DNA of 23,646 bases. Origin: a bacterium. Its GTDB lineage: Bacteria; Bacillota; Clostridia; Christensenellales; Aristaeellaceae. A program made the translations under genes and the position numbers. Positions 1 to 5,837 of this stretch are shown here, in pieces. The notes under the pieces were generated by a model that worked only from the letters and a program-made list of their open reading frames with translations, was not told the DNA's origin and made no database searches. The stretch lies in contig CAVFPH010000030.1 in assembly GCA_963624325.1 (NCBI GenBank), positions 1 through 23,646 on the forward strand, written 5' to 3'. The first letter of the stretch is position 1, and each line of letters starts with the position of its first letter.

Positions 1-558
1 ATCATTCCACGGCACTTCACCCGGAGACACAGCTACGATATGGCGGGGTGCGGGCAGCTTTTCTGTCTGTGCGTTGTTGTGGGATGCAATGCCCAGTGCC
101 AAGGCACCGCCCGAGGAAAAGCCGCAAGTGCTTACATTGCCTGCCCCATACATTTTGATCATCGCTCGGTAGCATTCATAGGCCATGGCGTAGGTTTCCG
201 TAATGCAGTGGTCGGTGCACAGCGGATAAAACGGGAACCAAATATCACAGCCGGTTTCGCGTCCCAGCTTGCGCGCAACGGGCAAATCCCCACGATCCGG
301 CCCGATCACCATGCCGCCGCCGTAAAAATAGAGGATCGCCCGCGCAGAGGGCTTTTCACCGTTCCGCACAATCAGGCAAGGGGAGCCGTTTACCATGATC
401 TGCTCATAATATGCTTTATGATCGGTGGGCGTAAACACGCCGCGATGACGATTTTGCTTTTCAATGGCCCGTTTAAGCTGATCCTCGGGGAGCGAGAAGG
501 TTTTCTTGGCGCCGGACAGCCGATAGGCCGTCCGCAGTACGGATGCAAAAAAGCTCAT
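1..558 (-). CDS. alpha/beta hydrolase (esterase/lipase, fold-3 / HSL-like). N-terminal 186 aa only; the 3' end runs off the left window edge.
   Basis: Absent from the supplied ORF track because there is no stop in the window. Hand translation of the reverse strand from ATG (complement of 556-558) gives MSFFASVLRTAYRLSGAKKTFSLPEDQLKRAIEKQNRHRGVF...ILYFYGGGMVIG (HGGG-type oxyanion motif)...STCGFSSGGALALG (GxSxG nucleophile elbow). The frame stays open to position 1. An SD-like AGAGGGA sits 5 nt upstream. The + strand ORF 40-690 is its shadow. Confidence 0.75.
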   Translation of the reverse strand, partial: MSFFASVLRTAYRLSGAKKTFSLPEDQLKRAIEKQNRHRGVFTPTDHKAYYEQIMVNGSPCLIVRNGEKPSARAILYFYGGGMVIGPDRGDLPVARKLGRETGCDIWFPFYPLCTDHCITETYAMAYECYRAMIKMYGAGNVSTCGFSSGGALALGIASHNNAQTEKLPAPRHIVAVSPGEVPWND

Positions 559-584
559 GGCAATCCCTCTTTCAAACAGTTTTG

Positions 585-1373
585 TCAGGTTAGATCGGCA
601 ATCGCTGAAGGCGCAGAACGCATGCTCCATAAAACGCCGCATTCCGTCAATGTCTTTCCGTCATCTGCTTCTAATCGGTTTCTGCGGTAGCCTGCCTCAT
701 CCACATATTCGGGATGATCCTTCAAGTACGGATCCTGATCTCCGCAGATGGTATAATCGCACAGTTCTCCGTTGGCGCATGTGGTTTTGCGCACCAATCT
801 TGCATGCAGTGCGGCCATGGCATCATAGTCCGGGTTGCACATGGCAGGCATCACCTCCAGCAGGTTGTGCTGCTTTGCAAATTCGCAGATCGGGCAAACG
901 GTAAAGTCATAATAAATCGGCTTTTCCTTATCGTAGGGCGATACGTGCATTTCATAATCATGCCATTTTTCGCACCGCCCCTGTGCCTTCATAAAGGCAG
1001 TATGAAGCAGCTTTTTGAACAGCGGTTTGTTGCAATTGACAAACTTTAGTTTTCGGAAGGAAGGCACCAGCATCTCCCGCTCAATTTCCTCCACTTCGGA
1101 AAGGGTCGTCACATTTCTGCAGGTTACATAATATGCCATTACCGCAATGGCATCATAGGTTCCGCCTGCTTTGTTGTGAAAATTTTTGCTTCCTCCCAGA
1201 TCGGTCCGCCAATCGGAAAGGAAATCAGCAAACTGGTGTTGTACCTGCGTCCAGATTTCATCTCGCTGCTCCGGCGGATAATGCAAGGCAATCTTCTGCT
1301 GAATCAGTTTTTTGCATATCTTGCTGTAGATCGCATGGCAGGTACGGTCAAACTGCAGTTCGGAATCCTTCAT
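585..1373 (-). CDS. L-2-amino-thiazoline-4-carboxylic acid (ATC) hydrolase family protein, Cys-rich
   Basis: 262-aa ORF with AAGGAGG 5 nt upstream of the ATG at 1373. The C-terminal half (FTVCPICEFAKQHNLLEVMPAMCNPDYDAMAALHARLVRKTTCANGELCDYTICGD) matches my recollection of the ATC_hydrolase family signature (CPxxE...MPxxCxxD...R..T.A.G...CD). This is a recognition call, not a search result. Confidence 0.65.
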   Translation of the reverse strand: MKDSELQFDRTCHAIYSKICKKLIQQKIALHYPPEQRDEIWTQVQHQFADFLSDWRTDLGGSKNFHNKAGGTYDAIAVMAYYVTCRNVTTLSEVEEIEREMLVPSFRKLKFVNCNKPLFKKLLHTAFMKAQGRCEKWHDYEMHVSPYDKEKPIYYDFTVCPICEFAKQHNLLEVMPAMCNPDYDAMAALHARLVRKTTCANGELCDYTICGDQDPYLKDHPEYVDEAGYRRNRLEADDGKTLTECGVLWSMRSAPSAIADLT

Positions 1374-1391
1374 TTTATCCTCCTTCGGTTC

Positions 1392-2267
1392 TCACATTGT
1401 CGAATTTGGTCCGACACCTTTCAGAAAGCCCCGTTCTGTGCCTTCCTTTGTGTCATCCGATTCTTCATAGGCATCATAGGGGGCAGCAGGATCATGCGCT
1501 TTCTTTTTAAACGGCGAGCACAGCATGTCCCGATGGGCAAATGCGAAAGCAAAATCATCCGTCCAGCCCGTATGTCCCGTAATAAACAAAGGGGTGATGC
1601 CGCGCTTGCGCAGCCGATCCTCCAGCTTTGCAAGGGACTGCACAGCCAGCTTGTTGCTTTCTGCCAGGGTGGCAATAAAGCTGTAGCCGCCATCCACCCC
1701 CAGCCAAATGGTATCTCCGGTGAAAAGGTATTTATCATCAATCAGATATACCATATGTCCCCATGTGTGTCCGGGGACAAGAAAGCACTCAATCCTGATA
1801 CCGTTAATTTCAAGCACTTGTCCATCCTGCAGCAGCATCTTGGCATTGTTGATTTTCACCTGCGGCAGTTTATACAGATGATGGCACACCCAACGGTTTT
1901 TCTCGCCTGTCAGGTATTGATTCTCGGTTTCGCCGATATAGAGCACCGCTTTCCGGAACAGACCGGGGCTGTCAGCCTCCACCGCGCCCACGTGGTCGGT
2001 ATCCTGATGCGTAATCAAAATATGCCGGATACTCCCGGGATCGATCCCGAGCCACCCCATTTTTTCTTCCAGCCGATCATAGTTATATCCAGCGTCAATC
2101 ATAATGGTTGTGTCACCCTTGCGGTAAAAAAAGATGTTTGCTACCCATTCGCGCACGCAGGCAACATGCTCATCGATCCAGCCGGTGTTCAGCGGCTTAA
2201 ATATCTCCTTGCCGCGATACAGTTTGCTCATCGCGTTTCTTTGAAATTCCGTCGCTCTTTTTGACAT
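1392..2267 (-). CDS. MBL-fold metallo-hydrolase
   Basis: 291-aa ORF with GAGGAGG 5 nt upstream of the ATG at 2267. Metallo-beta-lactamase-fold motifs are present in order: ILITHQDTDHVG (a variant of HxHxDH with Asp at the second His position), VPGHTWGH, FTGDT, ITGHTG. The gap to the next gene is 18 nt, consistent with an operon. Confidence 0.85.
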   Translation of the reverse strand: MSKRATEFQRNAMSKLYRGKEIFKPLNTGWIDEHVACVREWVANIFFYRKGDTTIMIDAGYNYDRLEEKMGWLGIDPGSIRHILITHQDTDHVGAVEADSPGLFRKAVLYIGETENQYLTGEKNRWVCHHLYKLPQVKINNAKMLLQDGQVLEINGIRIECFLVPGHTWGHMVYLIDDKYLFTGDTIWLGVDGGYSFIATLAESNKLAVQSLAKLEDRLRKRGITPLFITGHTGWTDDFAFAFAHRDMLCSPFKKKAHDPAAPYDAYEESDDTKEGTERGFLKGVGPNSTM

Positions 2268-2321
2268 ATTGTCCTCCTCGGCAAACCGCGCAGATCAGTC
2301 TGAGAATAAAAGTCTTTTGTT

Positions 2322-2337
2322 GTTAGATATATCTAAC
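2322..2337. promoter_or_regulatory. Perfect 16-bp palindrome GTTAGATATATCTAAC in the 5' UTR of the hydrolase operon (candidate operator or RNA hairpin)
   Basis: Read directly: the sequence equals its own reverse complement. It lies 55 nt upstream of the MBL start codon and downstream of the predicted promoter at 2403-2431. Confidence 0.35.
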
Positions 2338-2402
2338 TCCATGCCTTTTAAAATGCCGCCTACAGGCAGCCATGCCTCGGGATCCTCCGCTGGCACAAGC
2401 CT

Positions 2403-2431
2403 ATTGTAGCACGCGGTGCGGCAGAAATCAA
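2403..2431 (-). promoter_or_regulatory. Predicted sigma-A-type promoter of the three-hydrolase operon
   Basis: The minus strand reads TTGATT-17 nt-TACAAT, with TGc immediately upstream of the -10 (extended -10). It lies just downstream of the mntP terminator and implies a 5' UTR of about 130 nt. Confidence 0.45.
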
Positions 2432-2441
2432 TGCGGCAGGC

Positions 2442-2470
2442 AAATAAAAAGCGGCAGCATGTGCTGCCGC
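2442..2470 (-). terminator. Intrinsic terminator of mntP
   Basis: The minus strand reads GCGGCAGC-acat-GCTGCCGC, a perfect 8-bp GC stem, followed by TTTTTATTT. It sits 13 nt after the mntP stop. Confidence 0.8.
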
Positions 2471-2482
2471 GCTGTTCTGATT

Positions 2483-3082
2483 TCAGCCGATCATTCCGCT
2501 GATAAAAATCTCCAACCCGATACCGATCAGGATGATTCCGCCCAGGATGGAGGCTTTTCCGCTCAGATGGGTACCTGCTTTTTTGCCGATCACCAGTCCG
2601 CCCATACAGATGCAGAAGGTGACCGCGGCAATAATCAGGGAACTTACCAGTGCCATTGTCAAATCATACTTTTCAATGGTGAAGCCCACGCTCAGGGCAT
2701 CAATGGAGGTTGCCACTCCCTGCACCAGCAGACCGCTCAGGGACAGCCTCTTGGCATTCGCTTCCTCTTCGGCATTTCCGTCCTTGTTCCGTATGCCTTC
2801 CACCAGCATCTTCCCGCCGATATAGCACAGCAGAATCAGCGCAATCCAGGGGATAAAGCGTTCAAATGCCGAAAAATATTCCACAATGGTATGCACGCAT
2901 ACCCAGCCCAGCATCGGCATCAGAAACTGGAAAAACGCAAATACGCCCGCAATGCCCGACATGCGTGTGTGGTGCATATGCGGCTCGTTCAGGCCGTTTG
3001 CCATGGATACGGAAAAGGCGTCCATCGCCAAGCCTACGCCAAGCAAGGCACTATTGGCAAAGAAAAGAAGATCCCACTGCAT
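2483..3082 (-). CDS. mntP: Manganese efflux pump MntP
   Basis: A multi-pass hydrophobic protein: MQWDLLFFANSALLGVGLAMDAFSVSMANG...VQGVATSIDALSVGF. The duplicated (M/I)DA(F/L)SV motif is typical of MntP (formerly DUF204). I place the start at the ATG at 3082, where GGAGGA lies 9 nt upstream. The track ORF start at 3127 has no RBS. The gene is preceded by a Mn2+ riboswitch. Confidence 0.9.
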   Translation of the reverse strand: MQWDLLFFANSALLGVGLAMDAFSVSMANGLNEPHMHHTRMSGIAGVFAFFQFLMPMLGWVCVHTIVEYFSAFERFIPWIALILLCYIGGKMLVEGIRNKDGNAEEEANAKRLSLSGLLVQGVATSIDALSVGFTIEKYDLTMALVSSLIIAAVTFCICMGGLVIGKKAGTHLSGKASILGGIILIGIGLEIFISGMIG

Positions 3083-3112
3083 GTTTATCATTCCTCCGAT
3101 AAAGTAGTAAAC

Positions 3113-3277
3113 AAAAAACCCAGGCATGGCCGACCATACCTGAGCGTTCCTTCACATTCGGACGCACGTATGCCGTCAGGCCATACATGAGTCTCGTAAT
3201 TTAAAGCAAGCCAGACCCAGCCGGGTCGGTGTGTTGACTTGCTACGCACCAAGGTGCGCTTACTACTCCCTCACGGG
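3113..3277 (-). promoter_or_regulatory. yybP-ykoY (Mn2+) riboswitch with terminator-type expression platform
   Basis: The minus strand reads CGUGAG-GGAGUAG-...-AGUCAACACA-...-ACGAGAC-CUCAUG. This gives the conserved GGGAGUAG, GUCAACA and GAGAC elements, closed by a P1 helix (CGUGAG/CUCAUG; plus coordinates 3270-3275 and 3186-3191). A terminator follows: CAGGUAUGG-ucgg-CCAUGCCUG then GGUUUUUU (3113-3142). The position directly upstream of mntP is the classic context. Confidence 0.8.
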
Positions 3278-3291
3278 AAATTTGCGGAGTT

Positions 3292-3320
3292 ATCATAGCA
3301 CAACTTTCCTTCTGCGTCAA
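3292..3320 (-). promoter_or_regulatory. Predicted promoter of the riboswitch-mntP transcript
   Basis: The minus strand reads TTGACG-17 nt-TATGAT with TGc directly before the -10 (extended -10). The predicted transcription start site is about 10 nt upstream of riboswitch P1. Confidence 0.55.
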
Positions 3321-3411
3321 GCAGCGAATATCACTGAATTGCGCAGTATTGTTATTCATATGATTCAGCATTTCCGCATATGGCATCGAAAAGTGCAGCA
3401 AAAATTAGCCA

Positions 3412-3439
3412 TTGCAAATTTTCGGATATTCGGTATAAT
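3412..3439 (+). promoter_or_regulatory. Predicted promoter of the DUF362 gene
   Basis: TTGCAA (3412-3417)-16 nt-TATAAT (3434-3439), 41 nt upstream of the ATG at 3480. Confidence 0.5.
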
Positions 3440-3479
3440 GAATGCAGTCATATTGACCTGTGAAAGGAGCGACCTTCCG

Positions 3480-4583
3480 ATGGCTTCCAAAGTGTATTTT
3501 ACCGATTTTCGCTGCGAGGGCAACGAAAACATTCTGCAAAAATTCCGCCGTCTGTGTGAAACCGCAGGCATCGGCGCAATCGACATGAAGGACAAGTATG
3601 TTGCCATCAAGATGCATTTTGGCGAGCCGGGCAACATTGCCTTCCTGCGCCACAATTATGCACGGACGCTGTGCGATCTGATTCGGGAGCACGGCGGGCG
3701 TCCCTTCCTGACGGACTGCAACACCCTGTATATCGGCCGCCGCAGCAATGCGCTGGACCACCTGGATGCGGCCTATGAGAATGGCTTTAACCCCTATTCC
3801 GTTGGCTGCCACGTCATCATCGGGGATGGTCTGAAGGGCGATGACGATGTAGCCGTGCCTGTTCATGGCGACTATGTGGAGAATGCCTATATCGGCCGCG
3901 CCGTAATGGATGCGGATATCGTCATTTCCCTGACCCACTTCAAGGGTCACGAAAGTGCCGGTTTCGGCGGAGCGCTCAAAAATCTGGGCATGGGCTGCGG
4001 CAGCCGTCTGGGCAAAAAGGACATGCATGCATCCGAAAAGCCCGCGGTGGATCAGTCCCACTGCGTCGGCTGCGGCGTTTGCGCCAAGAACTGCGCCCAC
4101 GGCGCCATCACGGTTGCCGGGCATGCGCACATTGACGCCCTTAAATGCGCCGGCTGCGGGCGGTGCATTGAAAAATGCCCGCAGAAGTGCGTGCATCCCA
4201 TGGATGACCGTGCGAATGAGATTCTCTCCCGCAAAATTGCGGAATACACCGCCGCTGTGGTGCGCGGGCGCCCCTGCTTCCATGTATCCCTCGCATGCGA
4301 TATTTCTCCCTACTGCGATTGCTATTCCATCAACGATGCCCCCATTCTGGAGGACATCGGCATGTTTGCCTCCTTTGATCCGGTTGCGCTGGATCAGTGC
4401 TGTGTCGACATGGCCAACACCCGCAAGCCGCTTCGCAACAGCCTGCTCTACCAACGCGAGAAGGGCAATTTCTCCGATCACTTTACCGCCCTTTTCCCTG
4501 AAACCAACTGGCAGGCTGGGCTGGAGCAGGGTGAAAAGCTCGGCATCGGCAGCCGCGAATACGAAGTTGAAACGATGAAATGA
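3480..4583 (+). CDS. DUF362 domain protein with two 4Fe-4S ferredoxin-type clusters
   Basis: The start is set at MASKVYFTDF (ATG at 3480, AAAGGAG 10 nt upstream). The track ORF start at 3231 would read through the divergent promoter and riboswitch region. Two CxxCxxCxxxC(P) motifs are present: CVGCGVCAKNCAHG and CAGCGRCIEKCPQKC. The flanking sequence (KMHFGEPGN...FLTDCNTLY...ISLTHFKGH...ISPYCDCY) matches my recollection of DUF362. Confidence 0.8.
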   Translation: MASKVYFTDFRCEGNENILQKFRRLCETAGIGAIDMKDKYVAIKMHFGEPGNIAFLRHNYARTLCDLIREHGGRPFLTDCNTLYIGRRSNALDHLDAAYENGFNPYSVGCHVIIGDGLKGDDDVAVPVHGDYVENAYIGRAVMDADIVISLTHFKGHESAGFGGALKNLGMGCGSRLGKKDMHASEKPAVDQSHCVGCGVCAKNCAHGAITVAGHAHIDALKCAGCGRCIEKCPQKCVHPMDDRANEILSRKIAEYTAAVVRGRPCFHVSLACDISPYCDCYSINDAPILEDIGMFASFDPVALDQCCVDMANTRKPLRNSLLYQREKGNFSDHFTALFPETNWQAGLEQGEKLGIGSREYEVETMK

Positions 4584-4589
4584 GTGCAA

Positions 4590-4620
4590 AAGATGCCCGG
4601 CCGTATGGTTCGGGCATCTT
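4590..4620. terminator. GC-rich hairpin between convergent genes (probable terminator for the lysR transcript)
   Basis: AAGATGCCCG-11 nt loop-CGGGCATCTT, a perfect 10-bp stem. There is no T-run on the + strand. On the minus strand it runs into TTTTGC. Confidence 0.5.
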
Positions 4621-4649
4621 GCAATAATCACACTTAAAACATCTTAAAC

Positions 4650-4676
4650 CCGCCATTTTTATATGGCGGAATTTTT
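4650..4676 (+). terminator. Intrinsic terminator downstream of the DUF362 gene
   Basis: CCGCCAT-ttttat-ATGGCGG followed by AATTTTTG. Confidence 0.6.
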
Positions 4677-4701
4677 GTCATTCTGCCTTTTGCTTTCCGT
4701 A

Positions 4702-5559
4702 TCATCCTGTTATCAATTTTTGTGCAAGGAGGATAAAGTCAGTCAAGGGGTATGCATGGGGAGTGCGGCAAATAATTCCCGTTGTGTCTTCAAAATCGCA
4801 TTCCAATGGAATTTGTACAAGGCCAAGGGGAAGCGCATCCATTTTCATAAATGATATATAAACGCCCTTTTCATAGCAAACGAAAACAGGCGCTAACGAA
4901 GTGATCTGCAGCTTCAGGTTATTTTCCGCAAATTTGGCCATGATATGCGGGTTTCGATTCGTAGTCCCGGCGAACAAGGGATATTCAGTCAAATCATTAT
5001 AAGCAACAGACGGATGTGATGCCAATGGATGCGAGTTTTCTACAATACAGTAATGTCTCGTTCGCGTCAAAGGGAAAAAGGCAATGTCCTCTGCCTCATC
5101 CGGTTTGCGCGGGTACAAAAAGCAATCAATCCGCATTCTGCGCAGATCAGCAAACAGCTGATCGGAGGTGCAATGTACAAAATGCAGCAGCGTATCCGGA
5201 TGCTCGTCTTTAAAGAGCCTAAAAACCTCGGAAAAATTAAAATGCAGTGTATTTCCGCAAAGCGCCAGCCGAAGAACGGAAGCTGCGCCGGCGTTCGTTC
5301 GGCACATTTCCAATACCAGCTGCTGATCTTCCTGCTGTTGTCTTAAGTAGGAAACCAGTTTTTCTCCCGAAGCCGTTAGAGTGACGCCTTTTGTCGTTCG
5401 ATTAAATATTTGAAAGCCGATATCCTCTTCTATATTGGTAATTTGCTTCATTAGTGCCTGCGGAGATACGTACAATTGCCTTGCTGCGCGCGAGAAACTT
5501 CCGTTTTTCGCAACTGCAAGGATTACCTGTGCATTCTTTTCGCCCATTTTTCTCCCCAT
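4702..5559 (-). CDS. LysR-family transcriptional regulator
   Basis: The N-terminal HTH (ILAVAKNGSFSRAARQLYVSPQALMKQITNIEEDIGFQIFNRTTKGVTLTASGE) is the LysR signature, and the length and C-terminal substrate-binding-domain layout fit. An alternative start is the ATG at 5547 (MGEKNAQ), which has GGGGAG just upstream. The gene is divergent from the flavoprotein gene. Confidence 0.85.
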   Translation of the reverse strand: MGRKMGEKNAQVILAVAKNGSFSRAARQLYVSPQALMKQITNIEEDIGFQIFNRTTKGVTLTASGEKLVSYLRQQQEDQQLVLEMCRTNAGAASVLRLALCGNTLHFNFSEVFRLFKDEHPDTLLHFVHCTSDQLFADLRRMRIDCFLYPRKPDEAEDIAFFPLTRTRHYCIVENSHPLASHPSVAYNDLTEYPLFAGTTNRNPHIMAKFAENNLKLQITSLAPVFVCYEKGVYISFMKMDALPLGLVQIPLECDFEDTTGIICRTPHAYPLTDFILLAQKLITG

Positions 5560-5603
5560 TTGTTATCATGTTTGAAAGCTTTTTGTAACTTTTTGTTTCA
5601 ATG

Positions 5604-5634
5604 GCTGAAAAAAAGAAACACTTCTTTTTTCAGC
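5604..5634. promoter_or_regulatory. 31-bp AT-rich near-perfect palindrome in the lysR/flavoprotein intergenic region (candidate LysR site)
   Basis: GCTGAAAAAAAGAA-acac-TTCTTTTTTCAGC. The arms are complementary except for one extra A. It is centred about 60 bp upstream of the lysR start and immediately upstream of a TATAAT hexamer at 5645-5650. Confidence 0.4.
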
Positions 5635-5837
5635 TTAGCAATTGTATAATAAAACGAATTTGAATACAAGGAGGAAATGTAAGGGACGCGCTATTTTCTT
5701 GCTGTGTTCCTTTACTTTGCAGTGCCAATGGCTTCGTCATGGATCCGCGGTAAAGTGATGGGTACGCAGTGCCGATGAGTACATCGGCGATTTTCAAACT
5801 CGAAAGTCGGCTCAGTGCCGCAGAAAGGAAAACACAT

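Noticed and set aside
3201-3479. ORF 3201-3401 (-) and the 5' extension of ORF 3231-4583 (+)
   Set aside because: Both cover the Mn riboswitch and the two divergent promoters. Neither has an RBS. The DUF362 homology starts at MASKVYF (3480).
3405-4631. 408-aa minus-strand ORF opposite the DUF362 gene
   Set aside because: It is antisense to a gene with clear Fe-S motifs. It would have to run through both terminator hairpins at 4590-4676. It has Ala/Gly-rich composition and no SD.
5668-5682. AAGGAGG followed by a minimal start-stop ORF (ATG TAA) in the flavoprotein leader
   Set aside because: Only 2 nt separate GGAGG from the ATG, which is too short for efficient initiation. With a single occurrence, it is most likely a chance juxtaposition. 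It would only be worth revisiting if conserved in orthologous leaders.
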